Notes: a model not told the origin generated them from the sequence alone. DNA of 64,000 nt from Clostridiales bacterium (GCA_014799575.1 JAAVHS010000015.1:65820-129819), one strand, 5' to 3'; positions 30,408 through 40,077 are shown, counted from the first letter of the stretch. Numbers and translations: made by a program.

Positions 30408-31361
30408 TCAAATCACGTTTAGCATAAGCGCCATTATCGGCAAAGTCGCAATCGACGACATTGTGCCGAGCAGCACCGTATTCGCGGCGACGTCTTGACC
30501 TTCGCCGAGAAGTTCGGCATAGTTCTGCACTACCGACGCGACGGGACACGAACACATAATATACATACAACATTTAAGTTCCGTATCCACTTTGAAAATT
30601 GATAAAATCGCCAATACGAAAAGCGGGAATATGAATTGATTTATCACAACCGAAACGTATTGCAACCAGTTGGTAAACAGACTTTTGACTTTAATCGTCG
30701 CAAGTCGCATACCCATTACCAACATACAAAGAGGCGTCGTCATTTTGCCAAGCACGGAAATCATATTGCCGATTTGTCCCAACACTTCTCCGTTCTCGCT
30801 GCCTATCTTGAAGCCCGTTAAGAAAAACGGCAATGAAATCGCGATTGAAATCGTCGCGGGATTGATAAGAATCTTTTTTATATTTATATACTTCTTGTCG
30901 CGTGTTATGATTGTAGATACCAACGTCCAGCCGAGCAAACTCATTGAGAGAAAATACATCATTGAGTAAGCCGCTACGTTGGGCGAATCGGGAAAGATTG
31001 CTTCCAAGAGTGGCACGCCCAAAAACGAGCAGTTGGACAGCGTTGTCGCTATCGTCGCGATACGGTATCTTATGTCGCTTTGTTTCTTACGGAATATAAG
31101 ATAAAATATACCTATAAAAATCAACTGAGCGATTGTTATTATAGCCAAAAATATAAGAAGGTTTATACCCAACTCTTTGGAAAAATTCGCTTTGTTGAAC
31201 GAATACAAAGTGAGCGCGGGCTGGCATACGAACATGAGCACTTTGGAAAAAGCCGAGATATTGTCCGATTTGACAAACTTCACTTTTACCAAAATATATC
31301 CGGGTACGGCGTAAGCCAACATTATACCCACCATTATCAAAGTAGTCTTGAATTCCTGCAT
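30408..31361 (-). CDS. AEC (auxin efflux carrier) family permease
   Basis: 317 aa with 10 hydrophobic helices; typical AEC layout. Confidence 0.75.
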   Translation of the reverse strand: MQEFKTTLIMVGIMLAYAVPGYILVKVKFVKSDNISAFSKVLMFVCQPALTLYSFNKANFSKELGINLLIFLAIITIAQLIFIGIFYLIFRKKQSDIRYRIATIATTLSNCSFLGVPLLEAIFPDSPNVAAYSMMYFLSMSLLGWTLVSTIITRDKKYINIKKILINPATISIAISLPFFLTGFKIGSENGEVLGQIGNMISVLGKMTTPLCMLVMGMRLATIKVKSLFTNWLQYVSVVINQFIFPLFVLAILSIFKVDTELKCCMYIMCSCPVASVVQNYAELLGEGQDVAANTVLLGTMSSIATLPIMALMLNVI

Positions 31362-31414
31362 CTCAATCTCCGCCTAAGATTATACAACTTCTTCCGCAAA
31401 AGTCAACAAAATTA

Positions 31415-31732
31415 TTATAAATCTTTCATTTGTTTCATTATATCTATTATAAGTCGCTTTTGCTCGTGCGTTAAGTTGTCGTATCTGCCGATAAGCTCGG
31501 AATACTCCTCGCCTATTTCCGAACCGTGCATCTCTTCATTGATGCCCAAAAGAAAATCTGCCGACACCATATAGTACTTGCTCAATGCGATTATTCCGTC
31601 GCAAGTGGGTTTTGCAATTCCTCTTTCCCACTGACAAATCGTCGCTTGACCTATGCCGAGTTGTTTCGCCAACTCGCTTTGACTGATTTTGCTTGCTTTT
31701 CTGATACTTTTGAGTATGTCCTTAATTTCCAT
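31415..31732 (-). CDS. XRE-family HTH transcriptional regulator
   Basis: Start moved to ATG 31732. The segment ISQSELAKQLGIGQATICQWERG is the HTH. Confidence 0.8.
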   Translation of the reverse strand: MEIKDILKSIRKASKISQSELAKQLGIGQATICQWERGIAKPTCDGIIALSKYYMVSADFLLGINEEMHGSEIGEEYSELIGRYDNLTHEQKRLIIDIMKQMKDL

Positions 31733-31914
31733 AAATCCATTATAACACACCTTAAAAAATTGTAAAAACGATTTTCTACAAAATTTTTATCGTCTTTGCA
31801 ATAATTTTCGCAATTTTTTCTCAAAAACGGCAATTTTCGATTGTCCGTTACATTGAAAGAATATTTGCGACATAATAAAATGTAGATACTTAAAAAAATT
31901 TGTGGAGGAACAGT

Positions 31915-32703
31915 ATGAAAAAGATTAAACTCATGGTCATTGACGACAGCGAAGAGTTTATCGCCAACGTGAAAGAAAGTTATTTTGAGGACGAAGAAGT
32001 TGAAGTTATAGCGTCGGCGCGCGACGGCTTGGACGCTATACATAAAATCGAAACCTACAATCCCGACGTCGTCATTCTTGATTTGATTATGCCCGAGGTC
32101 GACGGCTTCGGCGTACTCTCAAATATAGATTACAGCAAAATGACAAAGAAACCCAACTTTATTATCGCATCGCAACTTATAGGCGAAAACTTCATAAACA
32201 AAGCGATTATGCTCGGCGCGAGTTATTATCTCGTCAAGCCTGTAAATATGCAAGTGCTCAAAGACCGCGTCAAGGAATTCGGCGGACTTCCGGTAGCCAA
32301 TAAACCTGCCGAACTCGACGACCGCCTTATCCAACAAGCGGTCAAACGCTCTCAACGCAATCTTGACGAAAAACTTGCCAATATCTTTATTTCCGTTGGA
32401 ATTCCTGCGCATATCAAGGGTTATCAGTTTTTGAGAGAAGCAATCAAAATGGCAATCGACAGCCCCGAAATTATCAACAGTATCACCAAAAAACTCTATC
32501 CGTCAATCGCGGACAAGTTCGATACTTCACCTTCCAAAGTCGAAAGAGCGATTAGACACGCTATCGAAGTCGCTTGGAATAGAGGTAAAATAGAAAACAT
32601 CAACACAATTTTCGGCATTAAAATCTATACCGCCAACGACAAACCTACCAACGGCGAATTCATTGCCCTTCTCGCTGATAAAATGATTATGGAAGGCGCT
32701 TAA
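31915..32703 (+). CDS. spo0A: sporulation master regulator Spo0A
   Basis: Start at ATG 31915 (GGAGGA SD). Receiver domain (VIDDSEEF, DVVILDLIMPEVDG) plus the Spo0A-specific C-terminal block GIPAHIKGYQFLREAIKMA...SKVERAIRHAIEVAWNRG. Confidence 0.95.
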   Translation: MKKIKLMVIDDSEEFIANVKESYFEDEEVEVIASARDGLDAIHKIETYNPDVVILDLIMPEVDGFGVLSNIDYSKMTKKPNFIIASQLIGENFINKAIMLGASYYLVKPVNMQVLKDRVKEFGGLPVANKPAELDDRLIQQAVKRSQRNLDEKLANIFISVGIPAHIKGYQFLREAIKMAIDSPEIINSITKKLYPSIADKFDTSPSKVERAIRHAIEVAWNRGKIENINTIFGIKIYTANDKPTNGEFIALLADKMIMEGA

Positions 32704-32889
32704 TACTATTTAGACTTTTACAACCCCAATACACCCTGAAAATCGGCAAATCTCGCGAGGGATTTGTCGATTTTTTCGCAGTTGAAATTTTTTTGAAATT
32801 TTTTTAGAAAAAGTGTTTACAAATCTTATTTTTATGCATATAATACTAAACATTGAATACATAACTTTTTCTATTGACTAGGAGGGATT

Positions 32890-33411
32890 ATGGGAAAATA
32901 TATTAAGTGTCCTAGATGCGAACTCAACTGGATTCTCGAAGAAGACGAATATTGCGACGTATGCAAGGCAGAACTCGGCGTCGAAGGCTTTACTTTGCTT
33001 GAAGACGAAGACGAGGATATGCTCTGTCCTGTCTGCGGCGTCAATTATATTGAACACGGCGAAAGAATGTGCGCCGAATGCAGAAGCAAGCAAAAAGACG
33101 ACGCTACTTTCGAGAGCGATTCAAATACTCGCGAGGAAGAACAAAGCGAAGTCGAAGTTATCTCTTTTGACGAACTCGAGCAAGAAGAATCCGAAGACAA
33201 ATTCGATATCTACGACGACTCTTTCGATGACCCTGACGGCTTTGCCGACAGCGAATTTGTCAGCGATGAGGACGAAGAAGAGGATGAAGAGGAAGAAGAG
33301 ACCGTTTCCGAAGACGACGACTTTGAAGACGATTTCAACTACGACATCGACGGCGTCGACACGTCCGACCTCGATGACGAGGATGAAGAGGACGAGGACG
33401 ACGATATCTAA
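32890..33411 (+). CDS. zinc-ribbon protein with long poly-acidic tail
   Basis: Two CxxC...CxxC pairs (CPRC..CDVC, CPVC..CAEC) are followed by about 100 aa that are almost entirely D/E. TTTACA-17-TATAAT promoter and GGAGGG SD upstream. Confidence 0.7.
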   Translation: MGKYIKCPRCELNWILEEDEYCDVCKAELGVEGFTLLEDEDEDMLCPVCGVNYIEHGERMCAECRSKQKDDATFESDSNTREEEQSEVEVISFDELEQEESEDKFDIYDDSFDDPDGFADSEFVSDEDEEEDEEEEETVSEDDDFEDDFNYDIDGVDTSDLDDEDEEDEDDDI

Positions 33412-33432
33412 TCCCCCTCAACTCAAAATCAT

Positions 33433-33461
33433 TTGACAGCAACTCCTCTGTCTGCTATAAT
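33433..33461 (+). promoter_or_regulatory. perfect consensus sigma-A promoter upstream of tRNA region
   Basis: TTGACA (33433-33438), 17 nt, TATAAT (33456-33461). Confidence 0.7.
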
Positions 33462-33517
33462 ATCAAATACAAACAAATACGGATACGGCGTCCACAAACG
33501 CCCTATCCCACCAATAC

Positions 33518-33567
33518 GGAAGCGTATCGAAGTGGTCATAACGAGGTGGTCTTGAAAGGCATTTGAT
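33518..33567 (+). pseudogene. duplicated 5' half of tRNA-Ser (fragment)
   Basis: 33518-33557 is identical to the first 40 nt of the intact tRNA at 33786 (acceptor 5' arm through the anticodon loop CTTGAAA). Similarity decays over the next ~10 nt. No T-arm or 3' acceptor strand follows. Confidence 0.8.
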
Positions 33568-33785
33568 ATCAAAGGGACAAACCTTCAAAATCAATCTACA
33601 AGCCACCGCTGACAACTTGAGGACTTCCCCAAAACGTCAGATTTGTGTCGATAGGCAAACTGCCCTTAGCAACAAATCGACAAGCCCAAAGCAGTCAAAG
33701 AATTCTACACGGCAACCGCCCAAACGTAGGATTCCACAAAAAAATCTACAAAATATTTTTTTTCAAAAAACTTAATAATCAATCT

Positions 33786-33874
33786 GGAAGCGTATCGAAG
33801 TGGTCATAACGAGGTGGTCTTGAAAACCATTTGGGTGCAAGCCCACGGGGGTTCGAATCCCTCCGCTTCCGCCA
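33786..33874 (+). tRNA. tRNA-Ser (anticodon UGA), CCA encoded
   Basis: Cloverleaf by eye: acceptor GGAAGCG/CGCTTCC, anticodon stem GTGGT/ACCAT, loop CTTGAAA (UGA). Long variable arm, T-loop GGTTCGAATCC, discriminator G plus CCA. A hairpin plus T-run follows at 33882-33925. Confidence 0.93.
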
Positions 33875-34051
33875 TAACAAGCCTAAAACGAACCACTATT
33901 TAAGTGTCAAGTTTTAGGTTTTTTCTTTATCATTTTTCAAAGGCGGTTATGCAGCAAAAGTCCAATAATCTGGACAACATATACTTGAAAAAAATATTTA
34001 CTTTTGATAGAATATTGTTATACGCAATTTCATTAACATAGGACAAACAAT

Positions 34052-35872
34052 ATGAAATATAAAAACAATATCCAATTATCACAAGAACAAAGGTTATTTA
34101 TTTCCGAAGCAAAAAACGGAAATAATATTTTAGTTGATGCTTGTATCGGTAGCGGAAAAACTACTGCGATACAATATTTATGCGATGAAATGCCCAGTAC
34201 CCTCAACATTTTATATCTTACATACAATAAACTATTAAAAATTGATGCAAAATCAAAAATCAGCAGTTCAAATACTACTGTTACTAATTATCATGGTTTT
34301 GCATATTCTGCTCTGAAAGATGCAGGTATAAAAACCGGCGTTCCCGACTTGATACAAAGATTTAATAAAGAAAAACCAACTATACGCATTTATGATGTAC
34401 TTATAATTGACGAATACCAAGATATAGAGCAAGAACTAGCAGAAATGCTTGAATATATCAAATCCACAAATCCAAAAATGCAAATCATAGCCGTCGGAGA
34501 TATGGAACAAAAAATATATGATAAAACAACTCTTAATGTTCCTAAATTTATTAGTGGCTTTTTGGGGGAACATTTAACTCTAAAGTTTACTCTTTGTTTT
34601 AGACTTTCCGAAAATATTGCAAGTAAGTTAGGTCGTATTTGGAAAAAAGAAATTATTGGGGTAAATAATAATTGTATAGTTGAGGAAATGGATGTTGAGT
34701 CGGTAGTTAACTTTTTGGCGCAACAAAAGACCGAGGATATTCTATGTCTTGGTGCAAGAACTGGCAATTTAGCAAATGTCTTAAATAAATTGGAGTATCT
34801 TTATCCGCATAAATTTAATAAATACACAGTTTACGCTACAATTGCAGATAATAATTCTGACGGCGCAACCAAGCCGACAGATACTTCTGCTATTTTCACA
34901 ACTTATGATAGTAGTAAAGGCTTGGAACGAAAAATATGTGTTGTATTCGATTTTACGGAAAGCTATTGGAGAGTTAGAATTGATAAACCTCAGCAATCTT
35001 ATGAAATTTTGCGAAATATATTTTGCGTTGCCGCAAGTAGAGGGAAAGAACATATTATTTTTGTTAATGAAAAGGAAGCTATGCTTTCAGAAGAAACTCT
35101 ATCGTCAAAAGTTATTTCTAATGTAAACTTTAGTAATGTTGCTATTTCATCCATGTTTGATTTCAAATACAAAGAGAGCGTTGAGCGTAGTTACTCTTTA
35201 CTGCAAATAAATAAAAAATCTTCGAACGATGAATCTGAAATTGCAATAAAAAATCACGATGGTTTAATAGACATTTCTCCTTGCATTGGCATTTATCAAG
35301 AAGCGGTATATTTTAATCAATATGATATTGATAAAGAAATCGAACAATATTTTTCTATCCATCCCGATTTAAAATTTTTGTATAACAAAAGAGTGAAAAA
35401 TTATTCGCTTGATGAAAAGATTTTGTTTTTAGTATCATTAGATACTAAACAAGATAGATATAGAAAACAAGTCCAAACGCCATTTGTGAGTAAAGAGGAA
35501 AATCAACAAATTGTAAAACGCTTAAAGTCGTTATTGAATAGTAATGAAAAAGTACAAGTACCATGCGTTATTGATTTCTCAAATGCAACAAATGAAAAAG
35601 TTATATTCTCGGCGGAAGGATTAGCAGATGTTGTAAAAGATAATATAGTATATGAGTTGAAATTTGTATCTGAATTATCTCATGAAGATTTTTTACAATG
35701 CGCTTGCTATATGGTTGCGTTAAAACTAGAAACTGGAATACTATGGAACACACGCAAAAATGAAATTTATGAAATTAAAATCCCAAATAGAAATCTTTTT
35801 ATGGATAGCGTAATAAATACCATAACGAAAGGTGTGTTTGATAAGTATTTTGAGCTGAAAGTAAATAACTAA
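34052..35872 (+). CDS. UvrD/Rep-type SF1 helicase fused to C-terminal PD-(D/E)xK-like nuclease domain
   Basis: Walker A CIGSGKTT, motif II IIDEYQD, motif III AVGDMEQKIY, motif V TYDSSKGLE, motif VI VAASRGKEH. The C-terminus has DVVKDNIVYELKF...CACYMVAL (D...ExK pattern). Own TTGAAA-17-TAGAAT promoter at 33985-34013. Confidence 0.8.
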   Translation: MKYKNNIQLSQEQRLFISEAKNGNNILVDACIGSGKTTAIQYLCDEMPSTLNILYLTYNKLLKIDAKSKISSSNTTVTNYHGFAYSALKDAGIKTGVPDLIQRFNKEKPTIRIYDVLIIDEYQDIEQELAEMLEYIKSTNPKMQIIAVGDMEQKIYDKTTLNVPKFISGFLGEHLTLKFTLCFRLSENIASKLGRIWKKEIIGVNNNCIVEEMDVESVVNFLAQQKTEDILCLGARTGNLANVLNKLEYLYPHKFNKYTVYATIADNNSDGATKPTDTSAIFTTYDSSKGLERKICVVFDFTESYWRVRIDKPQQSYEILRNIFCVAASRGKEHIIFVNEKEAMLSEETLSSKVISNVNFSNVAISSMFDFKYKESVERSYSLLQINKKSSNDESEIAIKNHDGLIDISPCIGIYQEAVYFNQYDIDKEIEQYFSIHPDLKFLYNKRVKNYSLDEKILFLVSLDTKQDRYRKQVQTPFVSKEENQQIVKRLKSLLNSNEKVQVPCVIDFSNATNEKVIFSAEGLADVVKDNIVYELKFVSELSHEDFLQCACYMVALKLETGILWNTRKNEIYEIKIPNRNLFMDSVINTITKGVFDKYFELKVNN

Positions 35873-35930
35873 AAATTCGTTTAGTGCTATATCCTGCCAT
35901 TTAGCCGACGAATATCTAGTCGGCAAACAT

Positions 35931-35959
35931 AAAAGTGAGATGGAAATCATCTCACTTTT
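35931..35959 (+). terminator. intrinsic terminator after helicase-nuclease gene
   Basis: AAAAGTGAGATG-gaaat-CATCTCACTTTT 12-bp stem followed by a T-rich tract. Confidence 0.75.
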
Positions 35960-36081
35960 ATCATTTTATGTATCAATACTACCCCACTATATCATTTTCA
36001 TCCGCAAAACTCATCTTAACTCAAAGCATTGAGTTATCATTTAAACTGTGCTATACTTGATGTGGTATAGGAGTTAATAAA

Positions 36082-37260
36082 ATGTTTAACATGTCTCAAT
36101 TTCAAAATTCTATGGATTCTTTTATTAGAGAAAATGATAAATCTTTACGTCGCATATTTAGTGGGAAAATCAAAGGAAATTTTCTTACTGCAATAAAAAA
36201 TAGTGTCAGACAAATGTTAGGTCCTGATATCTTTAGATATTATGATATGCAAATCACGAATGAGAAATTAGTATCAACCGGCTTTGAAGAACCAGATTTT
36301 GATATTTGTCATCATATTGTCGGTATACATAGATCAAACTTAATTTTCAATACAGAGGAAGAACGATTAAAAAAAGAGAAAAGTGAAGACTATAAAAACA
36401 CATTAGTAAATGATGTTATTACCAATATTAAGTTAAGACAATATGGCAGTGTTTTCTTCCAAAAGCAAGTTGTTAGCCGTGGAGAAAATTTCAACTATTA
36501 TCCTATCCCTTATGACTTGTTTGTTTTATGCGTTAGAATGAATGACTTGCTTTCTAAATGCAATGACAACGTATATATTTCATTGATAGCTGCTATAGTT
36601 AACAAGGGGTTAGCTGCATTAACTTTGCTTGAAGGCAATTTCTTCGATTGCGCTTATCCAATCTGTCGTGGAATTACCGAATTATATTTAAAATTACTTA
36701 TACTCTTAGATAACCCAAATACAGTGGAACATTTCTTGAAATTTAATGAATATGATTTATTAAAATCTTGCTGCGAACAAAAATATTCAACTGAATTTAA
36801 TAATGCTTATAATAATCGCATAAATAAAAACCATAAGAGCAAGTCTGAATTCTTGCATTTCGGTTGGCTAGATACAATAGACGATTATCATTCAGATAAT
36901 ATTAGACCATATTCTATAGGTGGAATAATCTCCTACTTAAAAACAAAATGCGATCAAGAAGAACAGATAAATACTTTTGACGAAATAGAGACATTGTATA
37001 AGATGTGTCACGGATATACTCACGGTAGTGTCGTTCGCTCAAAGTATCCACTACTACATTATTTTGAAATATCACTTATGTTATATTATACTATTTATCA
37101 TACTTATATAATTCTATGCGATTATCTAAAAGTCGATACTGTTATAAATGATATTGATATTCTAAAAAAGATTGCAAAAGATGTCGCGCAACTATATACC
37201 CAATATTATGCTCGCAGTACTGAAAATTTCGAATTATATGATAAATTAAATAAACTATAA
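36082..37260 (+). CDS. hypothetical protein (orphan, island-borne)
   Basis: 392 aa, predicted mostly helical, no motif recognised. Own TTGAGT-17-TATACT promoter and GGAG SD. Confidence 0.7.
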   Translation: MFNMSQFQNSMDSFIRENDKSLRRIFSGKIKGNFLTAIKNSVRQMLGPDIFRYYDMQITNEKLVSTGFEEPDFDICHHIVGIHRSNLIFNTEEERLKKEKSEDYKNTLVNDVITNIKLRQYGSVFFQKQVVSRGENFNYYPIPYDLFVLCVRMNDLLSKCNDNVYISLIAAIVNKGLAALTLLEGNFFDCAYPICRGITELYLKLLILLDNPNTVEHFLKFNEYDLLKSCCEQKYSTEFNNAYNNRINKNHKSKSEFLHFGWLDTIDDYHSDNIRPYSIGGIISYLKTKCDQEEQINTFDEIETLYKMCHGYTHGSVVRSKYPLLHYFEISLMLYYTIYHTYIILCDYLKVDTVINDIDILKKIAKDVAQLYTQYYARSTENFELYDKLNKL

Positions 37261-37333
37261 GTAAAACATATGGAATTATACTAATAACACCAATGTATAT
37301 TTTGTACTCGCATGAATGGTATTTCAATTAACC

Positions 37334-37362
37334 TTGACTTAAATTTTAAAATTTGATAGAAT
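37334..37362 (+). promoter_or_regulatory. sigma-A-type promoter of HNH/P-loop gene
   Basis: TTGACT, 17 nt, TAGAAT, about 45 nt before ATG 37406. Confidence 0.55.
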
Positions 37363-37405
37363 GTTTACAAATATTTAGATCACATGTTTTAGAACGGAGT
37401 TACTC

Positions 37406-40033
37406 ATGCTTAAGAAAAATAGAGTTACTATTCCCAAAAATATAGCTGATGAGGTAATGTTTATTCATAATAACACTTGTTGTGTATGCCGAGAGGCTTA
37501 TAAAGCCACTCAGATTCATCATATTGATGAAAATCCCGCTAATAACGACATAAATAACCTTGCAGTTTTATGCCTTGAGTGTCATAACCAAACGCAAATA
37601 ACTGGCGGTTTCGGCAGGCATCTTAATGCTAGTCAAGTCATTAAATATCGGAATCAATGGCTGGAAATTGTAAAAGAACGTAATCATAACTTAACTTTAA
37701 CTACTTTTCCTGCCGAAAAATCTCCCTCAAATTGTTGGGAAAAAATTGATTATACAAATCAATGTGGCATAGAAAATGCAATTGCTGGATTAGGATTAAA
37801 CCAAAATAGCGTAATTAGCTGTCCAAAATTACCAATTTTTAATGAAGCTTACATTAATGTAAATACACTTCACTTCGTAAGCATTATAGGAGAATCTGGC
37901 TCTGGGAAATCTTTAACTGCCTTCCAAATTGCTTACGAATTTTACAAGAATGGATATGATATATTTTTATATATTGGCGGTGATCCAGCAGAATTACCGA
38001 GCAACTCCCCTGCCTTATACATTATTGATAATGCTCATCTATATCAATCATTAGTAAATAGACTCAAAACAAAAGTTAACAAAAATGTTAAATTGATATG
38101 TGTCTATACCGATTCCGCAAATGTACAAGAACGAGGTATAAGAATAACAGCTAAACAAGCCGTAGATGTTTTATACGATTATTACAAAACTAATGCGAAA
38201 TTGATTATACCCGTCATAAAGTCCATTAATCGCAGATTCGGCACTGATTTTGGAGATATTTCTTATGCAAATTTAATTGCGCGAGCAAGACTTCAAAAAA
38301 GTCCATATTATTTCAACTACATAATTCGAGGCGCTGCCGATTATATTAAAGACAAAATTTCAACTTACAAAGAAGACGAAGTTAGCGAAATTCTAACCAT
38401 TATAGCCATCCATCAAATTTTAAATGCTGATGATTATTTGTCTGTAGAAAAAATTAATGAATTAATCTCACCGCAATTACTTTCCGACGACTTTGAAACA
38501 AAATTAGTGTTCAATGATAAAGTACTTGTTAGAAATAAAATAGGATTCAAGTTTTCACATATACATACGGCTATCAATTATCTAAACTGTTATATTGCAA
38601 ATTCCTTTGATAATCAAACTTTTGCCAATAGAACATTTTGGTACTATTTTAATAACAATTCTTATTCCATGCAAGGTTTTTTGTGGCTAGTTAATAATTT
38701 GCCATTCGGCGGAGTTAATTATAAAACAAATAGACAAAATTTAGGTCTATTTACGACTGAAGAAATAGAAACAATTTATGATAAATTGCAAGAAAGAAAA
38801 AATGAAACTTATTTTCTTGGCGTTATTGAAAAAATCGAACATTATTTAAAAAGTAAGAACATTAATGATAATATCGACGAATATATCGAGATAATCAACT
38901 CATGTCAAGTTATTGATTTGCCAAGCGTTGGGGGGTTTCTCAATATGCAAATTAATAAGGGGAAAGATGATGACTATTTTACTCTTAAAAAAATCCATGA
39001 TAATATTAATTATTCAAGAATATTAAAACTGTTTAATGCGGCCACTTCTGAAGATTTAATCTATTTTGTTCGTTTTTTTGATAGACTATCCTATAATTTT
39101 AATGGGTGGAACAAAAAAGTAACTAAATATTTGGATATAGATGGATTTACTTTAAAAATAAAAAATATTTCACTAGATTATCTTTATTCAATAACTAGCA
39201 TAGCCGCAACCTTTAGTTCATGCGATAAAAACTTAATTGAAATTAAGGACGCTTGTATTAATAAAATACTTCTCTATCTAAACCAAAATCCGTTTGAAAC
39301 TTGGCAGCAAATTGATGATCACACATTTTTTCAACTTTGGGGGTATCAATCATTTTTTGATAGAATTGTTACGAAATCACTAAACGATAAAATTATGAGA
39401 GCAAGATTTGCTGAATCTATAGACGCAAATATATTAGCAAGTCAAGTCTCATCCAATGTTTTATATCATTGGCAATCGATATCTCAATTGTTCGAGATAA
39501 TATATAGATTTGATAAAAACAAATATTATCAAACAACTAATAAAATCAACTTAAACAAACTCGCTATACAATTGCGTGAACTTTGGGGCACTGAGCAAGA
39601 GTTTGAGTTTTTAGATGTTCTCTATCATGATAGTAAAGCAATTAAAAAACTCATTATTCTTTGTGAAGCGGATATTAAAGAAATAACTCCAGCTATTTTA
39701 TACTTTTCTGTGGAAAGTGCAATTTACCTTCATAAAAAAGGAAAAATTTTTAATTTTAAATATTTTAGAAATGACCACATTTTGTCTTTAGGATTATTAA
39801 AACTTGTAAAAAGAGATAAATCCTTGGGCATTCGTCTTATTGTAGAAAACAAGGAAAACTTAATTAAATTTATCAAAGGACATATTTATGGTTTTGAGGA
39901 CAGCGATATTAAACTAAAAAAATTCATACATAAGTCGTTGAATGAAATTAAAGATGATTTATACCAATCTAACTTAACTACAGAAGAATTGGATACGCTA
40001 TTAGATCTAAGAAATTACAATCTAGCAAAATAG
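37406..40033 (+). CDS. HNH endonuclease fused to P-loop NTPase (STAND/AAA-like) with long helical C-terminal region
   Basis: HNH: CCVCREAYKATQIHHIDENPANNDINNLAVLCLECHNQ (aa 25-61). Walker A IIGESGSGKS (aa 160-169). Walker B-like ALYIIDNAH. About 650 aa of N/K/I/Y-rich helical sequence follow. Confidence 0.8.
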   Translation: MLKKNRVTIPKNIADEVMFIHNNTCCVCREAYKATQIHHIDENPANNDINNLAVLCLECHNQTQITGGFGRHLNASQVIKYRNQWLEIVKERNHNLTLTTFPAEKSPSNCWEKIDYTNQCGIENAIAGLGLNQNSVISCPKLPIFNEAYINVNTLHFVSIIGESGSGKSLTAFQIAYEFYKNGYDIFLYIGGDPAELPSNSPALYIIDNAHLYQSLVNRLKTKVNKNVKLICVYTDSANVQERGIRITAKQAVDVLYDYYKTNAKLIIPVIKSINRRFGTDFGDISYANLIARARLQKSPYYFNYIIRGAADYIKDKISTYKEDEVSEILTIIAIHQILNADDYLSVEKINELISPQLLSDDFETKLVFNDKVLVRNKIGFKFSHIHTAINYLNCYIANSFDNQTFANRTFWYYFNNNSYSMQGFLWLVNNLPFGGVNYKTNRQNLGLFTTEEIETIYDKLQERKNETYFLGVIEKIEHYLKSKNINDNIDEYIEIINSCQVIDLPSVGGFLNMQINKGKDDDYFTLKKIHDNINYSRILKLFNAATSEDLIYFVRFFDRLSYNFNGWNKKVTKYLDIDGFTLKIKNISLDYLYSITSIAATFSSCDKNLIEIKDACINKILLYLNQNPFETWQQIDDHTFFQLWGYQSFFDRIVTKSLNDKIMRARFAESIDANILASQVSSNVLYHWQSISQLFEIIYRFDKNKYYQTTNKINLNKLAIQLRELWGTEQEFEFLDVLYHDSKAIKKLIILCEADIKEITPAILYFSVESAIYLHKKGKIFNFKYFRNDHILSLGLLKLVKRDKSLGIRLIVENKENLIKFIKGHIYGFEDSDIKLKKFIHKSLNEIKDDLYQSNLTTEELDTLLDLRNYNLAK

Positions 40034-40077
40034 TAATAAACAATCTCCTAACTTAAGTAATAGCCTCTGGTATTGTA

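Noticed and set aside
33558-33785. Group I intron or split tRNA between the tRNA half and the full tRNA; also track ORF 33563..33775
   Set aside because: The downstream copy is a complete tRNA, not just a 3' half, so this is a duplication and not an interrupted gene. The 70-aa ORF has no SD, a non-ATG start and a low-complexity K/Q/P/S-rich product.
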